Assembly (NCBI RefSeq): GCF_009914755.1
Contig: NC_060928.1
Reading direction: 5' to 3' (one strand)
DNA length: 64,000 bases
Source of the DNA: the human T2T-CHM13v2.0 reference genome, Homo sapiens
Under the pieces are notes generated by a model. The model worked only from the letters and a program-made list of their open reading frames with translations, did not search any database and had not been told where the DNA came from. The position numbers were made by a program, and so were the translations under genes. Below are positions 17,729 to 31,260 of this stretch, piece after piece. Position 1 is the stretch's first letter. Every line of letters starts with the position of its first letter.

Positions 17729-17953
17729 CTCATAGGTGGGAATTGAACAATGAGATCACATGGACACAGGAAGGGGAACATCACACTCTGGGGACTGTTG
17801 TGGGGTGGGGGGAGGGGGGAGGGATAGCATTGGGCGATATACCTAATGCTAAATGACGAGTTAGTGGGTGCAGCACACCAGCATGGCACATGTATACGTA
17901 TGTAACTAACCTGCGTAATGTGCACATGTACCCTAAAACTTAAAGTATAATAA

Positions 17954-17984
<31 letters not shown>

Positions 17985-18032
17985 AAGAAAAATATTTACA
18001 TCTTGCATATTTTCAAAAAAAAAGAATCTTTT

Positions 18033-18603
<571 letters not shown>

Positions 18604-18620
18604 CGTAAATTAAGAATCTT

Positions 18621-19310
<690 letters not shown>

Positions 19311-20404
19311 GCTCCCCAGCACAAATGTATAATTGCAACACGGGACTGTGGTGAGGGTAGAGGAGCTCTTTCTCCTCCTCATGCCCCTCATCCCCTTGCC
19401 CAGTGTGGCTCCCACTCTCAAACCTGGCTCTGTGCCAACTCCTGTTGGCATCTACCTCACCTTTGACTCCAGACCTACTTCTTTCCCACCAACGTCTCCC
19501 ATACCTGGGCAAAACTTTCAGCAAAAGTCACAAATAGACTACCCTACCCACTCCTCCTTTAACCACATCTATTTCTGGGGAATGAGGGAGGTAGGGCATC
19601 CTAGTTTAAACACCAGCAATAACAGCTGCAACCCAAAAACCTGAGGTGGAAGCATCTGGCTGAACGTCTTGGGGAGAAAAATGAATTCACTGACATAATG
19701 AGCGTGGAAAACATGTGCTAAGCATTACACCCAGGCCATTGCTTTTGATGCAAACTTCCATGTTAGAGAATCCATGCATGTCCCAAAAGACAAAGGCTCA
19801 GATTCATGACCTAAGGTATGTGACCTTTAAAAAAAATACCTGCACCTGCCTCTTGCCCTTGTCATGACAGGAACCAGGATAAACAACATCTTCCAAATTT
19901 CCTCTTACAAAATAATTGTGGTATGATTGTTCACCCTTTATTAAGCACCTTAAATGTTCTCAATGTCCAAGAACATGACAATGTAAGTGGACAAAATGAG
20001 AGGCAGCCAGATGGAACAGGTGATGTCAGCCATCAGCAGCGGCAATCACACCAGAATTCTGCCACCAGTGTGGGTGTGTGTGTGTGTGGGTGTGTGTGTG
20101 CACGTGCAACTTAGTAACTTGGCCACAAAGTTAGCAGAACAAATTGCTTGGAAGACAAAAGTTTCCTAAATTTCTCCTTTTAAAACTTAATTGAGAACAC
20201 CTCACACCTTCTTGAAGGACAGTTGTGCCTTGTCAATTCCAATACAGAGGAAATTCTAATAATCAAGGGTCAAACTGGGGCACCTTTTTTTCCTTAAGTG
20301 AAAAAGCAAGCAGTGCCCAACAGGAAATCCTTTTGAGGCCCATAAGCCTCAGAGAAATCTGCTCATACACCCTCTCTGGTATATTTCACATTTCAAAACA
20401 TACA

Positions 20405-20710
20405 CACATGAGATGAGCTGGTCGCAAAAGGACAAATACTGTATGATGTCGTTGATATGAAGCACTTAGAGCAGTCATATCCATGGAGACAAAAAGTGGA
20501 ATGGTGGCTGCCAGGGGCTGGGGGAAGGTGGAATGGGGAATTCGTGTTTAATGGATATAGAGTTTCCATTATGGAAGATGAAAAATTTCTAGAGATGGAT
20601 GGTGGTGATAGTTGCACAATACATGAAAGTACTTAATACCACTGAACTGTATACTCATAGTGGTTAAAAATGGTAAACTTTATGTTACATTTTATTAGAA
20701 TTTTAAAAAA
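20405..20710 (+). mobile_element. L1MB 3' end fragment
   Basis: CAAAAGGACAAATACTGTATGAT...GGTGGCTGCCAGGGGCTGGGGG...GATGGATGGTGGTGATAGTTGCACAAT...ACTGAACTGTATACT. Confidence 0.85.
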
Positions 20711-20909
20711 TCCCATAAACACATACATACAACACAACTCCACCAAATGCTATTTCCTCACACTGAATCATGACCATAAACACCTAGCTGTTTTTTTATT
20801 TTGAATGGATCATTTCATTGGTTGGAAGCCCTCAGGAGACTGGGGGGTGGAGGGGTCCAGCTGTCCCGCTTGGGGGTGGGACTTACCGGCTCGCTGATGG
20901 GGGACCTAC

Positions 20910-21289
20910 CTGGTTTGAAAGTGATGCTCGAGGTCACAGCGCTGCAACACCTGGGTGCAGTGCTCCCTGAATGGGCAGGTCACCAGTAGCTTGTTGAGGA
21001 GTTTGTTGACCAGGATGCTGGACTTCTTGCAGTGCTGCAGAACCAGAGGCTTGCGGTCCATGGGACAGAAGTCCTTCTCCACCAGGAAGTTGGTGAGGCA
21101 GAGGGTGCAGTAGGTGTGTCCACACGGAGTGTCCAGGGGGTCCAGCAAAGCCTGCAGGCAGATGTGGCAGATGAGGTCATCATCCACTTCCTCTGGATAG
21201 CTGTAGAAGTGGTTTTCCTCCAAGGAGTGGGCTTGGCCACACACTGCACACAGGGGTTCAGGATCGTTGGCAGACTCTGGCTGGTTCAT
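20910..21289 (-). CDS. LNX1: LNX1 long (p80) isoform, first coding exon: N-terminal Zn finger, C3HC4 RING and start of the second Zn finger
   Basis: [21 protein letters not shown]...[24 protein letters not shown]...CPMD...CPFREHC; 380 nt = 126 codons + 2; donor CAG|GTAGGT at 20910/20909. Confidence 0.97.
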
Positions 21290-21375
21290 GATGGATTGGA
21301 GAGCAGTATAACAGGAAACTCAGTCACACAATATTTCCTCAGGAGCAAGTCAAGATCTAGGAGACATCCACACAC
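21290..21375 (-). other. LNX1: 5' UTR part of the LNX1 RING exon (86 nt) and its acceptor
   Basis: Acceptor CTTGTTCTTTTTTAG|GTGTGT at 21376/21375; contains uORF 21350-21367. Confidence 0.85.
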
Positions 21376-21464
21376 CTAAAAAAGAACAAGAAGGCTCACC
21401 TTTGCTTCCCAGCACATGAAAGGCTTATGCTTATGGTAGACATGAGACAGGGCTGCCAATGCAT

Positions 21465-22150
21465 GGGGAATTGAGCTACGATTCAGAAAGCCAGGGTTGA
21501 GGGTCCACTCTGGAGTGACTGACAGGACCTTGGGCAAGCCCCATGGCCTCCTCGTGCCTCTGTTTTTCCACGCATGCCAGTGGGAATAATGTTCACCTTT
21601 CACATCCTCACATTGGTGTGGTAAGAATCATTTGGGTAATATCTGGGAAATGCCTAAAGTAACTCTAAAAAATGTAATTTGTTAAGAAAATTAAATAGAC
21701 CAGTGATTTGTAAAATTCTTGTCAGATCAGGACAAGAAAAAAAAAACAAAAAACAGTTAACACTGTGATGGCTTTCTCTTATCTTTCTTCCCCATCTTTC
21801 TCCCAAACTCAGAAAAAGTAGGAGATCAGAGCTTTCAACTAAGTCATCTGAGAGAAAATAGTGCTGTTGAGCCTTTCATATTTTCACTATGATAAATGCA
21901 CTGTTGTCTCCTGTATGCATTTCACTCAGTTGGTCGTTAGTGGCTAAGTGGGCTCTGGACACTTTGCCTGGGTTCAAATCCCACCACTATGGGCCAATGA
22001 TTTCAGACTCTGTTTTCACATCTGTAAAATGGGGATAATCACAGGCTACTTCATAGAACTCTTGTGAGGATGAAATGAGATATGATATATAAAGCTCTTA
22101 GATTTGCATCTACCACATACTAAGTGCTCAATAATTCTTACATGTATTTG
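21465..22150 (+). mobile_element. Two MIR elements (about 21465-21670 and 21940-22150)
   Basis: GACCTTGGGCAAG...CCTCTGTTTT and CCTGGGTTCAAATCCC...CATCTGTAAAATGGGGATAAT...GTGAGGATGAAATGAGAT. Confidence 0.75.
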
Positions 22151-22269
22151 TTACTGAATTCATTGTCTCTAGTCTAGCTCTGTTGGCCCAGAAACTGAAA
22201 GCTAGAGCTCCTATAAGGGGCCTTTAAGCTTTGTTCTAATAGGACTCTTTTATTCCATTAGATATTTCG

Positions 22270-22581
<312 letters not shown>

Positions 22582-22893
22582 TAAACAGTAGAATACTACC
22601 ACAATACATATTTTCCTTTAACATAGATAGGAGTCAACAATAATCAAGTTTTTCAACATGCTTGCTTTGCATCTAGGAAGTCTCTTGCGTAGAAAGTCAA
22701 TAAATAGTTTTCAAGCGCCAACTCTGAGCTAGGTCATGAGTTGGATATGCAGACCTTTGAGAGAGACTTAAAGGATATGCTTCTGCCCTCAGGGAGTCCC
22801 CATTCCAGAGGTGACATGGACACACACACAAGTAGGAGCCCAGTGCAAACTAGGGCTCTGGGTCAACTTTCATGGTGATTAAGAATCCCACCT

Positions 22894-23937
22894 TGGGACC
22901 AGGCCCGCTTTTGGCTGCATTGGCTGGGGATCACTGGCACCAGGTATCTGCATCTGGGACCCACCCCCTGGGCTGGCTAATCAAGGAGGAAGCAGCAGCA
23001 GTGTCTGCTGTGGGGGCCACAGCTCTGTATTGCATCATCCTGGTGGTAGTCACAGTGGCCGAGTGAGTTTCTTGGGGGCCCAGCTTCCTCCAGAGGTGGC
23101 AGCAATGGACCAGCTACTAGGGGACCTAAACAGGAGCATGTTTAGAAAGTTGCTGAAGTTTGTGGTCAGCAGCCTGCAAGGGGAGGACTGCCGAGAGGCT
23201 GTGCAGTGTCTTGGGGTCAGCACCAACCTGCCGCAGGAGTGGCTGGGTGCCCTACTGGCAGGCATGCACACGCTGCTCCAGCAGGCCCTCCATCTTCCCC
23301 CCACCAGCCTGAAGCCCAACACCTTCAGGGACCAGCTCCAGGAACTCTGCATCCCCCAAGACCTGGTCGGGGACTTGGCCAGCGTGGTATTTGGGAGCCA
23401 GCGGCCCCTCCTTGATTCTGTGGCCCAGCAGCAGGGGGCCTGGCTGCCCCATGTTGCTGACTTTCAGTGGTGGGTGGATGTGACAATCTCCACCAGTGCC
23501 CTGGCTCGCTTCCTGCAGCCGAGGGTCCTGATGCAGCTGAAGCTTTCAGATGGGTTAGCATACCGCTTCGAGGTCCCCATAGCCAAGTTCCAGGAGCTGC
23601 GGTACAGCGTGGCCCTGGTCCTAAAGGAGATGGCAGATCTGGAGAAGAGGTGTGAGGGCAGCCTGCAGGACTGACCCCTCACATGACCAGTCCTATTCAG
23701 GTCAGGCTTGGACAGGCACCTCAGATGGTGCCAAAGTGCAGCTGACTCTTCCCAGGACAGCCCTGCCCTTCCCATGAGGCAGGCTCTTCATCCAGGTGCT
23801 TTTGTAGATCTTGTATTTTAGGTTGGGCATTTTCATTCTTCTGCCTTAAATCCCTGACTTCACAGAGCTGACATTCTAGTGGGGCTAAGGGGAGGGGAAA
23901 CATTATAAAATAAATAATAAAAATAAATTAAAAAAAA
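22894..23937 (+). pseudogene. COMMD5P1: COMMD5 (HCaRG) processed pseudogene, antisense within an LNX1 intron
   Basis: Intronless; translation matches COMMD5 (HHPGGSHSGRVSFLGAQLPPEVAAM...KFQELRYSVALVLKEMADLEKR); start ATG>GTG at 23001 and 1-nt deletion near 23030; AATAAA and A tail; 13-bp TSD at 22881-22893 and 23938-23950. The symbol is from recall. Confidence 0.92.
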
Positions 23938-24865
23938 AAGAATCCTGCCTCTTCCCTCAGCCCCAACTCAACTTTCCTCTTTTCCAAAAGTAAATTAAAA
24001 GACCTTATGCTTTCCACAAGAACATAAAGACACACGAATAACCTAACAGGAAATTAGCCACATTTGGAAACAGCCCAGCAGTCATAAACTGTATTATATC
24101 TCTTTTCTTTTCCAAATAAAGTCGGAGGTTGTTTGTGCAAACATAGCCTTATCTCAAAAAGAAAATACATTGACTTCAGGCTTTCATTGAGTCAGCTTTG
24201 TTGTTTACATTTCTGTACTGCAGTAATATGCCTGAGAGGACACTCTAGTGAAGAGGTTGCTGGCAAATGCCCTTAATATAAAAACATTTAGAAATTGTAG
24301 CATTTTATTTAGCATCAGATAGGACCACAGAAGGCAAAGATAGAGGGTGCAGGAGGGGGTAAAGTTGTTTCAAGGAAATCTGTATCTATGCAGCTGCTGA
24401 TTGTCCTCAAGGCTGTTAGAAAGTACTGGAATCTCACAGGAAATACTTTAAGTGACATCAGAAACAGTTGAAAAACAAACATGAAAATGGAAATGGGCCA
24501 TGCAAAAGATTATCATCTACAATCTATAGGGGAAAAATGGTTCACACAGGATGAACTAAAGCTCTAGGTCTTTTAAAGCTTCTCTGTAGTGTTCTGCCAT
24601 ATAGTCCCACATGCTACAGTCTTGGTTATTCTTTCTCATGATGCTGTAGGGGAATATAAATTCAGGCTGCAGTGCGGCCATACCACTGAAAATACAACTG
24701 CATGTTTCTGGGCCATTCCCTTGTTGGTGAAATGGTGGCATTGGACCAGATTTTCGTTTTTCAAACTGTGCTGTGGAAGGCATCAGATACTTCCAGATCT
24801 TCCAAGGGAGTGGAGATAGGAGGAAACCAAGGGGGAGCTTTGCCCACTCCTCCAGCTCTGCCATT

Positions 24866-25001
24866 ACTATTATTATTATTTTTTAAAGATGGGGTCATGC
24901 TATGTTGACCAGGCTGGTCTTGAACTCCTGGCCTCAAGCAATCCTCCCATCTTAGCCTCCCAAAGTTCTAGGGTTACAGATGTGAGCCACCACACCCCGC
25001 C
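24866..25001 (-). mobile_element. FLAM / free left Alu monomer
   Basis: Single Alu arm, (TTA)n tail, flanked by CTGCCATTA repeats. Confidence 0.85.
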
Positions 25002-25530
25002 TGCCATTATTTCCTTAATGCATCATGTTCCTCTTAATATTCTGGTCAAAGAATCCTAGCTTTTAAAAAAAACTTGCAAACCACCAGACTAGATCGTGTA
25101 CAACAGTCCCTTCCAGAAATAGAGTTCTATGATTCTGTGCTAATCAAGTGAGGTTTTTATGTTTTGTTTTGTTTTTGATGATTTGATGTTTGGGAAAAAT
25201 CCTTTTTTCATCTAACAGTTCTTTGAATATTTACCATGCGCCAGGCACTGTGCTAGGGGCCTTATATTATAGTATATTATGTTATTCAATCCTCACAAAT
25301 GGCATAGGAAACTGAAATGCAGAGGGTAAATAACTTGTCAATCACACCAAAAAAAGAAACAAAACAGGCAGGGGCTGTCTGACTCCAAGTTTCTGCTCCT
25401 ACTTCCCTACTTTGTCTCCCAGAATCTTTCTTGATTATGGCTAGTCAGAATCCCAATAATGTAACTCATTAAATACAAGAGACCCAGGAAATTAGAAAGC
25501 TTTAAATCTCTTCAGGCTCTATTGCAAGTA

Positions 25531-25863
25531 GAATCATGTGTTGCTTAATGATGGGGATATGTTCTGAGAGGTGCATTGTTAGGCGATTTGGTCCTTGGGT
25601 GAACATCATAGAGTGCACTTACACACACCTTCACGGTATAGCTGACTATACACCATATAGATGTGTAGTCTATGGCTCTTACGCTGCAAACCTGTACAGC
25701 ATGTAACTGTACCAAATACTGTAGGCAACTGTAACACAATGGTAAGTATTTATATATCTAAACATAGAAAAGGTACAGTAAAAACAGTATTTTAATCTTA
25801 TGGGATCACCATCATATGTGGAGTCTGTCATTGACCAACATGTCGTTATGGGGTCCATGACTG
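25531..25863 (+). mobile_element. Tigger3a-like TcMar DNA transposon
   Basis: GCTTAATGATGGGGATATGTTCTGAG...CAAACCTGTACAGCATG...AACATAGAAAAGGTACAGTAAAA...CATGACTG, flanked by TA. Confidence 0.85.
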
Positions 25864-28727
25864 TAGATATGTCAAAGATCTCTGAAGAAAAAGATTCCTT
25901 GATTTCACTGAGTGCTGAGGCAGAATGAATGGAATGGAGTAAGCAAAAATGGCAGATTTAGCTCCACCTCCAATTTTCTTTTATCTTTTCCCTTCCTTTC
26001 TTTTTCTTTCTGAGAGCAATTTGAATTCCCTGGCACTTACCCATGTGGATAAACCAAATTCTTAATATTATGTTAATGTAAACACTGCTGTATATATTTT
26101 CTGACTTTATTTTAGACTAAATAAAGCCTACATGAATAGAAACAGATTATGAGATAATTGACTGAACAAGCAGTTTTGGCTCTAAGGGAAAGAACCAGGT
26201 AGACTTAAAAAATATGATTAATATCTCCCTGGTGGTTCTTATTTGCAGTGTATAGCTTATAAACATGTATGATGTATCACGTTTTCAGACATATCAGAGC
26301 CTTGCTGCTGAATGGAGAAGAAATTATCAAAAATCATTAAGCCTGAAAAGGTAAGCTAGTTTCTCCCACCAAAAGTAAGAGAGAGGGCCTGTCAGCTTTG
26401 TGTCCATATAAATTTACTGAATGTATCAGCCATCAGCATCTCTGGCCCTAACTGAAGTAAGTAGACAGAGCTGTGATACAGTGTTTTGGCAGTTTAGAGT
26501 AAGAAAGAGTAGTGGAGTGGATTGATTCCCTCCTTACGTACGTGTATGATGGGTACGGTGGAAATCTTACACTTTTTCAGTATAACCCTGTGGTGCCTTA
26601 GGAATCACCCTTTCCTTCTTTCTGATCTGGAATAGGACAGAAACCAGAGGTGATTTTTAGAGATATATGGAGCCAAAACCCCCAATCTAGTGCTGAAAAG
26701 CACCCAGAAAAATAAAAACCCCCATCTCTTTTTGGTCCTAATCCCTGCTTCCTTTCCTATGATTTTATTGTCTAGCCTAAAACCTGTATAGAAGCTTCTC
26801 TGCCTAATTCTCAAATTTTGAACTTCCTGGATGACAATAAAGACACATACCAGAGCAAAAGCCAGTTGGTGCCGCCTGCAACCAAGAGGGTCATTCGAGA
26901 TCGTGTGTCTACTGTCAACGCACTAGACAGATTTAAGAACAGCCTTTGGAATACAGCCTGTTTGGAAGTGGAAACATTTCTGCATCAGGTAACTCATCAG
27001 AACAATGGGATCCTTGGTGTGCTGTTGTCCTGCTAATTCTCCTTTCAATGCACCCTGGCTTTATAGAAAATGGTTATCAGATGTAGTTGCCAGAATAAAC
27101 CACATACTCCACTAGAAGGACAATTGGATAAATATAACATTTGGCATGTGGCAACGATAATTTTACGTGTTCTTCCCATTGAAAGGACAAGATTTGACCC
27201 TAAAGCATCTCTGAAATTGTTGCCTGAGTCACAGTTTTCTAGTAATAGGAGGAGGATTCCATATTATGAAAAAGAATCCTTCTTTATAGTCACATGGCGG
27301 TGTGTCCTGCATTGGCACTTTAACCTTGTCAAAGATGAAACACTATAGCCACAGACTCTGAGTCAAAAGGAAGCCTGACAGATGAGAAAGGCCTTTATTA
27401 CTTTATAAAATAGATGATTCTACCTTTGGATAGCTTTGATTAATAGAGGAAAAAGTCCACATAATGAGCAAAATTTTCCTTTCCTATACCTCACCTGCCC
27501 TTTCCACAAGTGCCACCGTTACCCTAGGAGCTCTTTAGAATATGCCTAACTTTTTAAGTCCTTTAATTATTTGAAGACAGATCCCATGTTCTCCCCCAGG
27601 GCGAGTAGCCTCGGGTTCAGTCAGTATTTCTTTCACATCCAAATCTCTTCTGCAAGCTCCCCAATTTATCAGTGTCTCTCCTATAATGTATGGGTAGAAT
27701 GAACTCCAAAACTCCATGCCAGAGTGAAGTGAGGGAATCTGTTCCCTTGATGTGACTGCCAGACAGCCTGAAACTGCATCCACTTTCTTGCAGCAATAGC
27801 ACACACTACTGCTGTTACTGGAGTGGGTAGAGGAGGAGACACTGCCCTGAGGCCTGGAGAAAACAATTCCTGGAGGTGGTGGAGGAGGTATATATCTTAC
27901 GAGTAAAAAGGTAGAAATGAAGAAGTTTTTAAAAACAAAAGCAATGGCTATGAATGAAGCTTAGAAAATGCAAAAATATGTAGTGGCATTAGGTGGATTT
28001 ATATAAACAGAAGATAGTCTTCAGTGGCTAAATAGTTCAGTACTGGAACTCATAATGTATATCCAATCCTTAGAACCATTGCTATCTGAGGAATGTGGGG
28101 CTCTCTTATTTGTTTGTAAACGTTCCTTTACTTTGATAAATCTCATTCCAAAATGTACCAACATAGTAAATAACACAAGAAAAGGGAAATGAAAACCATT
28201 TAAACAAATGATAAATCAGACATAATTTTTCCAACCCAGAAGTACAAAAATACTGAAGAACTTCCACTGACATTCACTATAAATGAAAAAGTTTAAACAG
28301 TGACAGGCCACAAGCAACTGATGGAGAGGCAATGGGAGGAAATGAAGCCTGCAGCTCCAGGTGCTCCGTGTCCCCACCCCACCCCCAAAAGATGCACAAA
28401 TACTTGAAAAAGGAAAGTATCCAAGGAGGTATACTGGTCACCCGGGACCATGACAGTTGTACCCTTATCAGTTGCAGCCTGAGGTCAAAGGAAAAATGTA
28501 TGTCCTGATATGTACATTTTTATTTTTTAATGGCTAATTTTTTTCAGATCATTAAGGAAGTTGAAAAATGTGGAAAACATGAAGAGTAGGTATATCAAAA
28601 CTTAAAACATCAATTTAAGTTTAAATATTTTATTTATTCTCCAAACAATTTTAGAAATAGTTTTGTTTTCCTGGCTTTAAAGGAAACACACTCATCATTT
28701 TTTCCAAAAACCTTCCTCTTTGCTCAC

Positions 28728-29092
28728 TGTATTAGTCCATTTTCATACTGCTATGAAGAAATTACCCAAGACTGGGTGATTTATAAAGAAAAAGAGGTTT
28801 AATGGACTCACAGTTCCATATGACTGAGGAAGCCTCACAATCATGGCGGAAGGTGAAGGAGGAGCAAAAACATGTCTAACATGGTGGCAGGCGAGAGAAC
28901 ATGTGCAGGGGAACCGCCCTTTATAAAACCAACATATCTCATGAGACTTACTCACTATCGCAAGAATAGCATGGGAAAAACCCGCCCCCATGATTCAATT
29001 ACCTCCCCTTGCGTCCCTCCCACAACATGTGGGGATTATGGAAGCTACAATACAAGATGAGATTTGGGTGGGGACGCAGCCAAACCATATCA
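28728..29092 (-). mobile_element. THE1 (MaLR) solo LTR, THE1C-like, same sense as LNX1
   Basis: Minus strand reads TGATATGGTTTGGCTG...ATGGACTAATACA; complete LTR of about 365 bp. Confidence 0.92.
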
Positions 29093-31218
29093 CGCATCTT
29101 GTTTTTGATTGAGGAAATTGCCATGTTTGATCATTTCTCTTAACTAAGTGATGATCTTAAACAATTTCTAAATAACTTTAGCTTACTGATCTTGTCTTTA
29201 TTTGAATACATTTTGATCTTTTGTTCATCATGGATTGTTTGCATTCATTTTGCATTTTTTTAAATATTGCATTCACATTAGGATTACTGAATTTTTCTGC
29301 ACCTTAAATTTTGCACCTGAAGGTGAGTGTCTCACTTGCCTCACCTTAATTATGACCTTGTCACTGTTAATTTTAGAAACCTAAGAATATCAAAACTGTG
29401 GTTTGGATGCAGCTCTGCTACCAACTACTTTTTTGGATCTTGATATTTTCCTTTTACCTGACCTGGTGGCCAGCCAGCTACAATGACAAAACAGTAGAAT
29501 TACAAACTCTTCCCAGGTGTGCCACTAAACTTCACCCAAGGTCAGAATTGATTGTTGCTTCAGCTGATTGTTACACTTGACAGAGACACACAGGTGAACA
29601 GTTTGCTGAAGGGTTCACAAGGCAAGAGGAATGACTCGCTTCAAAGAAGCAAAGAATGTAACCTAGGGCCAGGTCTCACAAAAGATCACAAAACGACCGG
29701 ATCCTGTAAGAGCTTTGTTTCATGAGTACATAAGCGAGCCCAGTCAAGTAATAAAGAGTTCTCTCCAGCAAGGACACCACATGGAATGTGACATTTTACA
29801 AACAGTGTGAGGCTCTGCCCTACTGTATTCATGTTTGCTTTGAATTTTTGCACATTTAAAAGTTATTCAAAATATTTTACTCCCTTCAGCCAACCTCTTG
29901 TTTTACAGCATGTTTCAAACACACAAGGGCTAACTCTATATCAGATTATTTCTGAGGTTACTTTTAGCTTCAAGAAAATGAGCTTAAGATTTTTTGTTTT
30001 TTTGTTTTTTTTTAAATTGTTGATGATGCTTTAAAATTTGGATTAAGCTCCATGTGGCAGAATGGTTGCTTAGTTTCAAACTGGTCACTGGGGTGACAGC
30101 TCAGTGCAAAAATCACCATCACAGTCAGAAACACCATCCTGGACCACGAACAGCAGAAATATACCCACAGAGGAACCAAACAGACCAGCGCCTGCCACTT
30201 CTTCAAATGGTGGCCTCATCTCTCTTTCTAAAATAATTCACCCAGCAGGCATGTCTGCCTAACTACTGCCCTGGCCCTAGCTGTAACTCCTAAATCAGGT
30301 TACTGGGGGGAAAATAATTGCCAAAGTTAGGGCAAAGTCTATCTTTCTGTATTAAACAAAGTAAATGTACAATTACATTTTAAATTTTAGATAAATTTAG
30401 TAAGACTTGACAGGATCGATAATGTGCCATCAAACTCTTATGGCAATTTTATAAAGGCCAATTGTAAATGAACATACACAGAGGATGGGCAGTGTTCTGT
30501 GGGCTATTCCTTAGCTTACAGACTCTCATGTAATAGGGAAGAATTAGGAGCATTAATGACCTGGATAAAAATAGTCACACATGGAATAAAATTATCTTCA
30601 AACTAAGAACCTGGGTTGGAAGTTTGGGGTGATGTGTCTGTGTGTGCATGATGGGGGGCAAATACACTGCAGAGGAAAGAGTGGGGAGGCAGGTGCTTAC
30701 AGGCTGCCGCCAAGGTCGTGGTTAGCTCTGCTTCTGCTTAATTTCTAAATCAATGATCTCGAAGAGGGACTAAGCCACTCATTAATGAATCTGTGAATGA
30801 CATTAGCCTGTATAGTATTGCAAACACCCAAAAATACAGAAAAAAAAAACCCTTTTAAATGGTCTTTAAAGAGGTCAGAAACATGTCAAGAAATTACAGG
30901 AGAATTGAACTAAAGGGAGACCATGTAATACATCTGGAGTCAATAAAGGAGGACATAGATGTTCAGAATGTGGGAAAAACAAGGGAAGTGGTTAAGCGAA
31001 AAGAGTCCCAAGTGGCTAGACAATTAGACGCAAGTTTTAGAAGTCAGGGAATGCCTTTCATAAGCAGGTTAGAGAAGAGTGTTCCTTCTCTTGACGAGAT
31101 TTTACCACCTTTCCCCTGGGGTGCCATACTTGGGTTTGTTTGTAAAAACTCTGTAACAGAAAAGATGTCCTTCCATTTCCTAGTCCATAAACATGATGAA
31201 ATAGAACTGACCCCCTGC

Positions 31219-31219
<1 letters not shown>

Positions 31220-31254
<35 letters not shown>

Positions 31255-31260
31255 CGACAA
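31220..31260 (+). repeat. (CAA)n microsatellite
   Basis: About 11 uninterrupted CAA units. Confidence 0.95.

Noticed and set aside
17789-17823. G-quadruplex-forming tract
   Set aside because: It is a standard feature of the L1PA 3' UTR and not specific to this locus.
23050-23903. Several overlapping ORFs on both strands over the COMMD5 retrocopy
   Set aside because: They are shadow frames of a GC-rich coding-derived sequence.
27580-27900. Possible L3/CR1 fragment or hidden exon (three overlapping minus-strand ORFs)
   Set aside because: The resemblance to an ancient LINE is too weak to call by eye, and I see no convincing splice sites or protein similarity.
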